Shown: in pieces, positions 43,776-53,367 of the stretch | How the letters are laid out: each line of letters begins with the position of its first letter | How positions within the stretch are numbered: the stretch's first letter is position 1 | IMG/VR virus record: IMGVR_UViG_3300025133_000023 | Length of the DNA stretch: 64,000 nucleotides | Source: a virus | Reading direction: 5' to 3' (one strand) | Position numbers and translations under genes: made by a program | Notes under the pieces: generated by a model | Databases searched by the model: none | Told to the model about the DNA's origin: nothing | Seen by the model: the letters and a program-made list of their open reading frames with translations, nothing else

Positions 43776-45830
43776 TTAACCTAGCTTGATTGTGTAAGAG
43801 TCGATGAATGGCGACACAGAAGGGTCTGAAGTGCTTAGGATAGCCCTTAAGGTAATGTTAGTAAAAGTTCTTGTGGGGAGTTTGTACTCTACCCTGAAAC
43901 GTTCACTGAAGTGATCACCAAAACTCTGTTGAGTCTTAAATATAAATGCAATATTGCCAGAAGCATCTACTCTTCGAGTATACACTCCGAGTTCTCCAGT
44001 GTCAGAGAGGCTATCGAACTCCTGCTGAGAGACAAAGACTATCTTCCTTTCTGCCCAGAACACCCCTCCAGTATAAATCTTCTCTCCGGTAAAGCCCGTA
44101 GGATATGGATAGCCTTCTACAATATACTTATGGTTATAGGGATAAAGGGAATCGCTTGCTTCTAGAAGGACTTCTGTGGTTAATGGAGTTGTCGTATCGA
44201 GTAGCTTCCAGTTCTCTGCATCTGTTTGGAATAGATAGTCCCCCTTGCTTAGGAGGATAGCCCCTGTTCGCTCTACTCCATCAATCTTTGCTGAAGTGGA
44301 GCCTAGGTTAATCTCATATCCATTAGGATCATCTACTCTAAGGATGGTTTGATAAACATTCGTCTCTACATCCAAAGACCAACCAGAGGATATTCCCCTA
44401 ACGATCTCATCACGATTTCCTAGGTTACGATATACCACATAGGTAGTTTCATTAATGTCTCCTACAGAAGCCAAAGGAACAAAGGAGTTCAGCGCAACAT
44501 CTGATATTCCATTCAGAGTAATGCCGTGAGCCGCTGTTGAGTCCAGAGCTTCAGCGTCCTTGGTTGCATCGAAAACACTAGTAGACCCTACATTGTTAAC
44601 AGGGACAGAGTCTGTAAAATCAATTACCTGTGGGTGAGAAGGAGCACCGTCACCCAAGGATGAAATCGGAATAAAGGTAACGCCATCTGGGCTTACCCAG
44701 TAGTAGATATCAGTTCCCTCAGGCTTAAAGTCACAAGTATGAAGGGCAACCTTTGAGAAGGTTTTAACTACACCATCGTTGTCTTCTACGCTAAGGGCAT
44801 TGGACTCAAGAAGAGTTCCAAGGGCTACATCAAACTTGGGGCGATAGAAGCTAACATTCTTACACCCAAATTCATACACAAAGTTATTATCGATGTCTAC
44901 GTCATCATAGCCTGACTTGGAGATAATGAACTTAAAGAACCGAGCCTGAATCTCGGGGAACATCCATACCCCTGGACTGCTTACAAGGCTAATGCTTGGC
45001 TGACCTGGGACTAGGACAAAGTCAACCCCATTCTGACTATACATAAGACTTACTACAAAGGCACTCGTACCAGTAGAGCCAAAGGGAACGAAGGTTGCCT
45101 TGCTTACTGCCTTACTCTCTCCCATATCTACAAGTAGACTGTGGGTAATAACTTGAGCAGTTGAAGTTCTAACCACAGAGAGCCACTTAGAGTATTCATC
45201 ATCGATAGCATGAACTACTCCCATTCCTGCTGGGGTCTCCTGTAGGACAAGGCTGTTTGCAGAGAGAAGTTGAGCGCTTGCTATCCATGCATCGTCTGGA
45301 AGAATCCTTGCCGCTCCATTAGGAATCCACTCTTCCCTCATGGCAGCAATGCCTGCATTCGTATCGATTCTTGCAGTCGTTAGGGTCTGATTGATTTGCT
45401 CCATGTTGACGAAGTCGTCAGAAACATAAGCAAAGTATCCAAGGGTATCTCTCTTGAGAAGAAGAAGGTTTTCAATTCGGTCTTCCAGGCTAATCAAACT
45501 TCGCCTTACTGACTCATAATAGGCAGCCCATCGTCTCTCTTGCTTAATGGTAGCTACACTCAGGTCTTTGATCGTGTCATACATTGCTGTGATGTCACGG
45601 TGCTGGCTTGTAAGGGTAGTGTTCCACTTGGAAGCCGAGGCGGTTTCATAATGGACAATATCAAAACTTTCTAAGGCGATAAGGGGCCTATCGCCCAACA
45701 GTGGATTGCTAGCTTCCAGCTCCACCACCTGCTCTTCCAGTTCATCCATATTGGGAACTGTTCCCAGCTTCAACTCCTGTAGGAGGAAGTCGGTAAAGAG
45801 AACGTTATGATATCTGCCCTTTAAACTCAT
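43776..45830 (-). CDS. Virion structural protein with a discoidin (F5/8-type)-like domain, paralog 3
   Basis: 684 aa; LLVDMGESKAVSK...YSQNGVDF...ARFFKFII. Confidence 0.6.
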   Translation of the reverse strand: MSLKGRYHNVLFTDFLLQELKLGTVPNMDELEEQVVELEASNPLLGDRPLIALESFDIVHYETASASKWNTTLTSQHRDITAMYDTIKDLSVATIKQERRWAAYYESVRRSLISLEDRIENLLLLKRDTLGYFAYVSDDFVNMEQINQTLTTARIDTNAGIAAMREEWIPNGAARILPDDAWIASAQLLSANSLVLQETPAGMGVVHAIDDEYSKWLSVVRTSTAQVITHSLLVDMGESKAVSKATFVPFGSTGTSAFVVSLMYSQNGVDFVLVPGQPSISLVSSPGVWMFPEIQARFFKFIISKSGYDDVDIDNNFVYEFGCKNVSFYRPKFDVALGTLLESNALSVEDNDGVVKTFSKVALHTCDFKPEGTDIYYWVSPDGVTFIPISSLGDGAPSHPQVIDFTDSVPVNNVGSTSVFDATKDAEALDSTAAHGITLNGISDVALNSFVPLASVGDINETTYVVYRNLGNRDEIVRGISSGWSLDVETNVYQTILRVDDPNGYEINLGSTSAKIDGVERTGAILLSKGDYLFQTDAENWKLLDTTTPLTTEVLLEASDSLYPYNHKYIVEGYPYPTGFTGEKIYTGGVFWAERKIVFVSQQEFDSLSDTGELGVYTRRVDASGNIAFIFKTQQSFGDHFSERFRVEYKLPTRTFTNITLRAILSTSDPSVSPFIDSYTIKLG

Positions 45831-48800
45831 ACGATTGATTGGTCCAAGACCCTAAATCTAAGATCTCTTAGTACTGGGGTATAGAAAGGAGCTACCTCAA
45901 CTAGGTTTTGGGTAAGCTCAGGAATATATCCATAGAGGTAGTCTACCTTACCAGAGAACAACTGCTCAGTTTCCAGTGAGATAGTGTTGTCCTCTACGTC
46001 AACAGAGAACATTGTCTCTGGGAGAACTCTAGCTACATTATACTTCAACTGATAAAGGGTATAGCGGTAAGAAACTCCCTTACCGTCTTCGACAGTATCA
46101 ATGCAATAGATGATTCCGTTCTTATAGTCAACAGAGTATCGACCATCCGTAGAGGTAGCAAACCCACTACTATAGGTGTAGGTGGTTGATCCAATCTCTG
46201 TCTCGGAGCCAGTGTAATAAACCTGAATGATACCGGTAGCATAATCAATATTGTACTGACCCTCAACCCCCGGAACACCACCTACCTCCGTTACGAAAAG
46301 ATCTGTCCTTGAGAAGACAACTCCAGTCCCCTGAAACAAAGCATTATCCGTACCGTGAGCAAGAGTAAAGGTAAATACTGGACTAGAGTCTACATCCGGA
46401 ATAACCTCAGCCTGAACTCGTAGGTTTTGATAAAGCTCATCGTGCCCATTAGCAAAGACTACCTCTACGGGAGCTACTGCTGGGAGGAAGATATCATCAG
46501 GCATAATGACGCTTCCCTTAACGATATTCTTCTGACTAAGACGAATAACATATCCAGTATTGGTACTGACATTGGTCTCTTCCGTTGGCGGGAAAAAGTA
46601 ACCATTAAAGCCATAAGGAGCTCTGATCGTACCGGTAACATCGCTACCCGCTCCTGGAACAAAGTTGTCAGAAGCAACGACAATCCTATCAAAACCATTC
46701 TCTCTTGTAGAGTATGTGAAACCGATATCTCTATAGATTGGGAAGTATCTATAGCTAACCATTGTGATATTCGTAGAGGAGGTAGCGTTAAAACTAGTGA
46801 TAACTCCATGCTCATAGTCTACGTAATAGTCACCAGCTAGGGTTAAGTCATCAATGCTTGCAACTTCAGTTTGAAATATGCCAGAAGTGATTAGCGTTCC
46901 AGTAAGGTCTCGCTCTGTAATCTGGAAAGACCAATTATGAAGGGTTGCTTCGGTTGAGATAATCTTCTTATGCTGAAGCTGGATGTTTGTCTGACCTTTG
47001 GGAAGGATATAGCTAACAACACCAGAAGGACTGCCCAGCCTTTCTAGGGAACTTCGGCCCACAACACCATCTGAACTAAACTCAAGATTAGCTGCAAAGC
47101 CATTACTGATTGAAGCAAACGTAACAGCTTCGGGAGTAAAGTGCATCCTTACCTTAGCTCCAGCCGGAACAGCCTTACCGTTCGTCCCGTCTCCAAATAC
47201 AATCTTAGCAATACCATCTTCGCTACCCAGTCTGTAAACCAAATCAGTTGAACTATAGAGAGAAAGGTTTCCTACAAGCCCCCACTCAACTCCATCCACA
47301 GAAACAACTAGACTACTAGCTGGAAGCTCATCGATAGCAAAGGGAGCAAACAATTCGAGCTGTCCACCATTCCCAGTACCAATAACAAACGGAACGCGCG
47401 TCGTTCCGTTTGGTCCTCTTGTTGCGATGGTTTCCAAAACGGTGACATCATCTGAGGCTAGAGTTTCTGTAGGGGAGATGAGAGCTGGAGTAATCTCCGG
47501 GTTGACAATAGTGCTTTCTGACTTACGAACTACAGACTCGGTCTCTTCTCCAAAGTTTTCATTGGTAGTAAAGGCTCCACTGTTTCTTTTCAGTACAGCT
47601 CTCCACAGAAATGAACTAGTCACAACCAAATCATCAAAGGTTAAAACCTCTGGAGTGTCGAAGGAGTCCCTCTTTAGTGGCTGAATTTCTTGCCAGTCCT
47701 GACCTTCGTCAGTTGAAATATAAAACTTTATACTTCCAAAAGCAGAACTCTTGGGACGATAGGCAGCAAGAAGGCCAACCTTAAACATGTCTAGGGTAAT
47801 AGATCTACCCTTGGAAATAATCTCAGACTCTTCTGCAAACTCTACAGCCTTAATATCTATTGACCGAACGCCAATAGCCATTCGATACTTATCAACTCCA
47901 AGCTGAGTTGGATAGATGTAGGGTGTAGATTTTCTAAGGCGAACACTTACATGCTTTGCCTTATGGGGTAGGAAGGTATAAGTGAACTTACCATTCCACA
48001 TAGATGAACTTGGGTTTAGGAGGAAAACATCACTCTCAGTCTCGTTTGCATAATCTTTTAAAGGGATGGAATCCTTAACGGAAGTCCAGGTTTCCCCATC
48101 ACGGCTAACACTAATATCAAGGATCTCAACTTCGTCTAGGGTGCCGAAGTTGACTGGGTCAATGACAATTCTATTTACAATGGCAGGCTCCTCGAGAGCT
48201 AGCCTTAAGTTAACCGTGAGGGGAACAATGCTGGCCGCCTCATCAAGGTAATATGTTTTCTCAAACTCTGCCCATGTGTCGGCGTTGAAGTCTTTAATGG
48301 AATCTAAATTATTCCTAGGTGTAAGACTTGCAATTCCTTCGTTATTTCCTAGGACTCCCTCAAAGCTAGTAGTGTCTAGTTCTACAGAGTCTATCTGTAT
48401 ATTAGTTACAGCCGTTTCACCTAGGGTCACAATACCTTCGTCTAGGACAACACTCGCTTCAGTAAGACTCAGCTTACTAGACCCAATGTCTAGTAGGTCA
48501 ACATTAGTAAAAGACTCACTGACTAACTCTCCAGCCGATCCTTCATAAAGCTTAAGGTCATCAAGCTTACTGGCAATACGTCGGATTGAGCCAAGGAGAT
48601 CATCTCGCTCAATCGTTGTCTGGTTAAAGGTACTTACAATAAGTTCACCCAACAACTTTAAGCGGAGGAATAGGATGGCAATATCTCTACCAACATCACG
48701 CATCTCTTCATTGTGCAAACTTGTTTCAGGAGCAGAATCTGGGACAACTCCAATAGGGTCGAAGACTGCCTTCCCTACTGAGTCTTGAAACTCTCCAACT

Positions 48801-48940
48801 AGCTGAGACCACATCTGTAGGAGCTCTTCTCTTGTTTGAAATGCTCCCGATGCAAAAGCAACAGAAAGCTCATCAAGAAGAACCTTAAGTCGGTTTCTCT
48901 CTACGGTTAAGCTAGGAGCCTGTAGGGCATTATATGGCAT
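45827..48940 (-). CDS. Large virion structural protein (discoidin-like plus baseplate-wedge-like motif), paralog 2
   Basis: Likely ATG 48940 (MPYNALQ) overlapping the upstream stop; LRLALEEPAIVNRIVIDP...VSRDGETW; IVFGDGTNGKAVPAG. Confidence 0.62.
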   Translation of the reverse strand: MPYNALQAPSLTVERNRLKVLLDELSVAFASGAFQTREELLQMWSQLVGEFQDSVGKAVFDPIGVVPDSAPETSLHNEEMRDVGRDIAILFLRLKLLGELIVSTFNQTTIERDDLLGSIRRIASKLDDLKLYEGSAGELVSESFTNVDLLDIGSSKLSLTEASVVLDEGIVTLGETAVTNIQIDSVELDTTSFEGVLGNNEGIASLTPRNNLDSIKDFNADTWAEFEKTYYLDEAASIVPLTVNLRLALEEPAIVNRIVIDPVNFGTLDEVEILDISVSRDGETWTSVKDSIPLKDYANETESDVFLLNPSSSMWNGKFTYTFLPHKAKHVSVRLRKSTPYIYPTQLGVDKYRMAIGVRSIDIKAVEFAEESEIISKGRSITLDMFKVGLLAAYRPKSSAFGSIKFYISTDEGQDWQEIQPLKRDSFDTPEVLTFDDLVVTSSFLWRAVLKRNSGAFTTNENFGEETESVVRKSESTIVNPEITPALISPTETLASDDVTVLETIATRGPNGTTRVPFVIGTGNGGQLELFAPFAIDELPASSLVVSVDGVEWGLVGNLSLYSSTDLVYRLGSEDGIAKIVFGDGTNGKAVPAGAKVRMHFTPEAVTFASISNGFAANLEFSSDGVVGRSSLERLGSPSGVVSYILPKGQTNIQLQHKKIISTEATLHNWSFQITERDLTGTLITSGIFQTEVASIDDLTLAGDYYVDYEHGVITSFNATSSTNITMVSYRYFPIYRDIGFTYSTRENGFDRIVVASDNFVPGAGSDVTGTIRAPYGFNGYFFPPTEETNVSTNTGYVIRLSQKNIVKGSVIMPDDIFLPAVAPVEVVFANGHDELYQNLRVQAEVIPDVDSSPVFTFTLAHGTDNALFQGTGVVFSRTDLFVTEVGGVPGVEGQYNIDYATGIIQVYYTGSETEIGSTTYTYSSGFATSTDGRYSVDYKNGIIYCIDTVEDGKGVSYRYTLYQLKYNVARVLPETMFSVDVEDNTISLETEQLFSGKVDYLYGYIPELTQNLVEVAPFYTPVLRDLRFRVLDQSIV

Positions 48941-50804
48941 CAGATTCTCGCACCAACAATGAGTAGTCGGAAATGATTGGGGTATTTCGTGTGGTGAGCA
49001 AGTCAGTGGACCTAGCAATTACCTTTAGATACATCTTGCTATAGCTGACTACGTCTAGGTTTGGGAGATATTCGAATAGCAATCCATTGTCGCCTACCCG
49101 GACTGTTCTCAAATCATTAAGCCACACTGGTTCACCCGTAAGGGTTGGGTGTGCTGTAGCTACAGTATAACTGACCGTATAGCTACTAGCGGATAGGTAA
49201 TCATTTAGCCGCACATGTAATCTAATTGGAGGGCCAACAGGGGCTGTTGCTGGAGCTGGACCGTAGACATTACCACCATCAACACTAAAGTCATAATCAG
49301 TATCAAGGGTTAGTAGAGTGTGATCTCTATAGACTTGAACCGTTGAAAGCACTGGATAAAATCTAGTCTTGGCAAAGCCACTAGCATCTGCAACTAATAC
49401 TTCCTTTTCTATGGTTTTACTCGTGGGAAAGATAGGTATTGTTTCTACGTAGACAAGAGCGTCATCTTCATTATAGTTGTACTTGGAAAGCGTGAACTCG
49501 ATAGCATCCATCACAAGTCCAGTAGAGCTTTCACTTTGAACGATTGTGCTCTTGAGCGCAACCTCTGCTACGGCCTTATCTGTGGTGACTTCCCTTGAAA
49601 CGTAGACTCCCTTGTGTTCAAAGGTTGACAAGTCTACAGAAATGAAGTCAAACCCTATTGTATAAAGATAACCCTTCGAGTAAACCGTCTGAGGCCCACT
49701 ACCAAAAGAAACACCATAGGCGGTTGCCTGATCAATCAGATCAAAGATAGTAGTAGTCGTCTCAGGAGCATCAGCATAGGAGAAGTCAATCAATTCTGTA
49801 TAAGATTTCTGAGTGAACTGTAAGATAATCTCTCGAGTATCGATCTTTTCAAAATAGATAACAGCTCGCTCTAGAAGAGTAAACGAATCTGAAAGCAATG
49901 AATACCACAAGCCATCCGTAGACAAGTAAAGAATCTGAGCTAGATCAAACTGTGTATCGGTGTAGGGGACTAAAGTTAGTGAATTAATTGAGCGATATCC
50001 ACCCAGGTCTAGCCTAAGAGAAAGCTTAGCTCCATCTACTGGTGGACTGATTGGGTTTTGGAAAGCATCTTCATCTAGGCGAAGGATAGACCTTACCCAA
50101 TAAAGCCCATCTCCTTCTGCCGTGATATTAAACAGGGAGTTATCATCAGGGTCAACATTAAGATCACTAGGGGTTGAGTCTGCCCCTTCGTAAAGCTGAA
50201 TCCCTACAATGGTTGAGTTAGTTTTACTTAAGGTCGGTAGAGCTAGGCCTTCCTGATGGACATCAATTAGCAAATCATAGCTAGGCCCGAGCGGAGATCC
50301 CTTACGGGAATCATAATAGAGATCACTAGCTACAGGATGCGCACGACTAAGTCCCGTAGCTCCAAGCATGTTGAAGCTGTTAACGATAGCCAGGTTATAA
50401 TTACTCTCGTCAGCAAGCAATTCAAGCGTCGAGATATTAGAGTCAAGAGCAGAGAGAGCGTTCCTTACATCAATGATATGCTCTTCCATTAGGTCACGAT
50501 GACCAAGGACAGCATCCTGCAAAGCATCAAGCTCAGTAAAGACAGTCTGCATGTCAAGACGCATCATGCGAATTTCATGATTGAGCCGACCGTTGTCTAC
50601 AAGCTCACCCCCCAACACATAAAAGAAAGTAAAGAGAGGAGCATTAATTGCTTGAAGCTCAGCGCTAAGCCGAGTCAAGTCATCGAGGAAGGCTTGCTGA
50701 GTAGCATACTTCCCACCATCTTCTCCTTCCTTTAATAGCTGAGCAACCTGAGCCCTTTGAGAGGCACTCATCGTTGAAGCAAATCGTGAGATAATCTTAG
50801 CCAT
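48930..50804 (-). CDS. Virion structural protein with a discoidin-like domain, paralog 1
   Basis: 624 aa; LRLDLGGYRSINSLTLVP...LSTDGLW...TREIILQFTQ. Confidence 0.6.
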   Translation of the reverse strand: MAKIISRFASTMSASQRAQVAQLLKEGEDGGKYATQQAFLDDLTRLSAELQAINAPLFTFFYVLGGELVDNGRLNHEIRMMRLDMQTVFTELDALQDAVLGHRDLMEEHIIDVRNALSALDSNISTLELLADESNYNLAIVNSFNMLGATGLSRAHPVASDLYYDSRKGSPLGPSYDLLIDVHQEGLALPTLSKTNSTIVGIQLYEGADSTPSDLNVDPDDNSLFNITAEGDGLYWVRSILRLDEDAFQNPISPPVDGAKLSLRLDLGGYRSINSLTLVPYTDTQFDLAQILYLSTDGLWYSLLSDSFTLLERAVIYFEKIDTREIILQFTQKSYTELIDFSYADAPETTTTIFDLIDQATAYGVSFGSGPQTVYSKGYLYTIGFDFISVDLSTFEHKGVYVSREVTTDKAVAEVALKSTIVQSESSTGLVMDAIEFTLSKYNYNEDDALVYVETIPIFPTSKTIEKEVLVADASGFAKTRFYPVLSTVQVYRDHTLLTLDTDYDFSVDGGNVYGPAPATAPVGPPIRLHVRLNDYLSASSYTVSYTVATAHPTLTGEPVWLNDLRTVRVGDNGLLFEYLPNLDVVSYSKMYLKVIARSTDLLTTRNTPIISDYSLLVRESDAI

Positions 50805-51271
50805 TATGAATCTTCTTGCTGGTAGTCGAGCTCCAATTCAAAGAATAGTCTCCGAGCAACCACTGCAGCTGGAACCACTACTTGAATAGAAATAGTAACA
50901 CTCGCTCCAGGCTCAACCTGATTACTGTCATCTCCAGTACCCACCGACAGAGCCACTGGAGTGGCCGCTGTGCCCATATTATAAGTACACTGAGTAGTGG
51001 CTACCCCCTGGACAATAAAGGCTCCCTCAGTGGGGTCTGCTTGTCCCCAGCCTAGGATGTCATACCAGTCAATAGTCTTCCCCAATGAGCTTGGGAAGTC
51101 CTTCTCTCCTTCGGTGACCGCCTCCTTAATATAGAAGCCAACGCTTGTAGCCTTCTTGTCAATAGAGGTGTTAGTAATAGTGAACTGATACAGGGTAGAT
51201 CCCAGTACTGCATATGGCTCATCGATAAGACTGCCATCAGATGTAAGCTCAACGCTCCATGTCACTGCCAT
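50804..51271 (-). CDS. Small beta-rich virion protein (putative)
   Basis: 155 aa; TAATG-coupled within the tail operon. Confidence 0.6.
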   Translation of the reverse strand: MAVTWSVELTSDGSLIDEPYAVLGSTLYQFTITNTSIDKKATSVGFYIKEAVTEGEKDFPSSLGKTIDWYDILGWGQADPTEGAFIVQGVATTQCTYNMGTAATPVALSVGTGDDSNQVEPGASVTISIQVVVPAAVVARRLFFELELDYQQEDS

Positions 51272-53367
51272 TAGTAAATCCTAATTCCCTGAATGCCACT
51301 CTTAGGCCCTTCGATGCTAGAAGGGCTAAGGGCTGTAATGTAGTAATAGTAGACAGCGCCAACAACAAGGCCCTGGTCAAGGTATTCGTTACACGCCCCA
51401 CTACCATCTCCTGCCACAGTAGCTATAAGGTTATAAACCCCATTAATACTGTTGCTGCGATAGATTTTGAATTGATAGGATGGGTCTTCTCTATACCAAG
51501 TAAGCCGAGCTTCTGCCGGATTGTCATTGTATAAGCCTCGGTATTCTTTCGATAGAGGATGATAATCTGCACCACCACAACCCCATTCAGGGATGACTCC
51601 ATCGAATCTAATGATAGCATATTCACCTGCGCTCATATGCTTTTGAACCAAGTCTCTAATCTGCTGCATTGTAAACTCTCCACCATAGTCTAGGTGAAGG
51701 GTATAGGGCACCTTAACAACAAGAGCACCATACCTTGGCCAAGGATATCCACCAGCAGGAGCAACGCCTGGAATGTAGGCGACTCTTGGCTGTGCCAAGA
51801 TTGCATTGTCTTCCCAAGCAATGTTAATCCCACCACCCGGCACTCTCACATCCAGCTCTAGATCTGCTGCACCAATAGAGCAAGTAACAAAGATCTCTGC
51901 AAGGGTAAGGTATTCGGCAGGAAGACTTACACTACCTGAAGCCCCATCATTTATGTATAGAGATCCAATGATGTTGTCTGGATTGTAATCACCATTATCA
52001 TCAACCTCTGCGAACTCAGGCTGACTTGCGAAAACAATAACATTATCTTCCACTAGAAGATACCAAATAGAGTGATTACCATCGGGCTGATCGGGCTGTA
52101 GGTAGATAACGATCTGCTTGCCCAGCACTGCTGGATTGAGGAAAGGATTGAGGTTCAGGTCCTTAAACTCATAAGCAACAGCCTTATAGTTATAGTAGGC
52201 AAGGATCTTAAACTTGTCGGCAATGAGGTTTTCGCTTAGCCGGACAATCCCACCTGGTTCATCGTAGTCAAGAATCTTATCTGTAAAGTCAATATCGGTA
52301 GTGCTGAACTTTGTTCCAATGCGAGCGGGGTCTGTAGTGAAAGCAAACTTTGCATCTCCTGTTGTTTTCTCTACAAGAATAATATCCAAGTGAGTATAGG
52401 AAACACTATCAACATAAAGGTTCTCTCTTTGGAGTTTAATCAAAGCAGGAGACATCTTTATTGCTGTCTCTGCAATGGCCTTTAAATATGGCTTTACTGG
52501 AGTGAAATCAAGATTGTCAAACTCACTAACAGAGTAGGTGTGAGGAACACCATCAATGGTTGCAGTAAAGAAGCCATCAGTAATAGAGATGTACCACGGA
52601 TCAGAGATACTAGTTAGCGTAGGAGGAAGCACAGCAATCTGACTTTCTCTCTTTTCCTTCATGTAATAGGTAGCGAAGTGCGGCATACTAAGAACGAGAT
52701 TAGGTTCAGTTCCCGTCACCCAATAGGCAGGAGCATCAGAATAGATAAGCCCAGTGTCTGGGTCAATGTCATCAATCGTCACTTCACGATAGGCATCCTC
52801 AGAGTTAAGGATTTCTTCATGGCTTGTCCCGTCTGCCTCTATCCACTGGACATAGTAAACCGTGTAGCGTCCAGTATCCTCATCGAAACTATTCTTAAGG
52901 TCTGTGTATAGATCACGTCCACCTGGGGAGAGGATAAAATGAATAGGGTCTACTACCGTTAAGGCTCCATCCCACTGAATAGCTTGGATACTAATTCCAT
53001 TAGGCGGAACCACCATTGGTAATCTATGCCTGTAGAACAAGGGGATCTTAAGTCCAGCATTGTCTGTGGAAGCCTGATCTGTAATAAGAACATTAAGCGT
53101 AGCTACATCAAGGATTGATCCTGCCTCAACTGTAATTCCATCATCAAATACCAAAGAAGCATTCTCTGGAATAGATGCGCTTAAGTCTGTGATGTTCAAC
53201 ACATCCAAAGCATTCACTACGGGCCAGCCCAGAAACTCTACGCCCACACCAGTATGAGGCACGCGAGTGCTGTAGCGAATATAGTCAAGTCGCTTTTGAA
53301 CAACCTGTAGCATCCCCATTGAGTCTGTATAGGATAAGCCTGTATGAAGTAGCTCCAGTGTGAGCAT
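51271..53367 (-). CDS. Virion structural protein with a C-terminal fibronectin type III domain
   Basis: ARLTW...FKIYRS...EYLDQGLVVGAVYYYYITALSPSSIEGPKS. Confidence 0.7.
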   Translation of the reverse strand: MLTLELLHTGLSYTDSMGMLQVVQKRLDYIRYSTRVPHTGVGVEFLGWPVVNALDVLNITDLSASIPENASLVFDDGITVEAGSILDVATLNVLITDQASTDNAGLKIPLFYRHRLPMVVPPNGISIQAIQWDGALTVVDPIHFILSPGGRDLYTDLKNSFDEDTGRYTVYYVQWIEADGTSHEEILNSEDAYREVTIDDIDPDTGLIYSDAPAYWVTGTEPNLVLSMPHFATYYMKEKRESQIAVLPPTLTSISDPWYISITDGFFTATIDGVPHTYSVSEFDNLDFTPVKPYLKAIAETAIKMSPALIKLQRENLYVDSVSYTHLDIILVEKTTGDAKFAFTTDPARIGTKFSTTDIDFTDKILDYDEPGGIVRLSENLIADKFKILAYYNYKAVAYEFKDLNLNPFLNPAVLGKQIVIYLQPDQPDGNHSIWYLLVEDNVIVFASQPEFAEVDDNGDYNPDNIIGSLYINDGASGSVSLPAEYLTLAEIFVTCSIGAADLELDVRVPGGGINIAWEDNAILAQPRVAYIPGVAPAGGYPWPRYGALVVKVPYTLHLDYGGEFTMQQIRDLVQKHMSAGEYAIIRFDGVIPEWGCGGADYHPLSKEYRGLYNDNPAEARLTWYREDPSYQFKIYRSNSINGVYNLIATVAGDGSGACNEYLDQGLVVGAVYYYYITALSPSSIEGPKSGIQGIRIY

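Noticed and set aside
48941-49018. N-terminal 26 aa (MLGPLTCSPHE...) of track ORF 45827..49018
   Set aside because: It overlaps the upstream gene; the ATG at 48940 overlapping the upstream stop region is the more plausible start.
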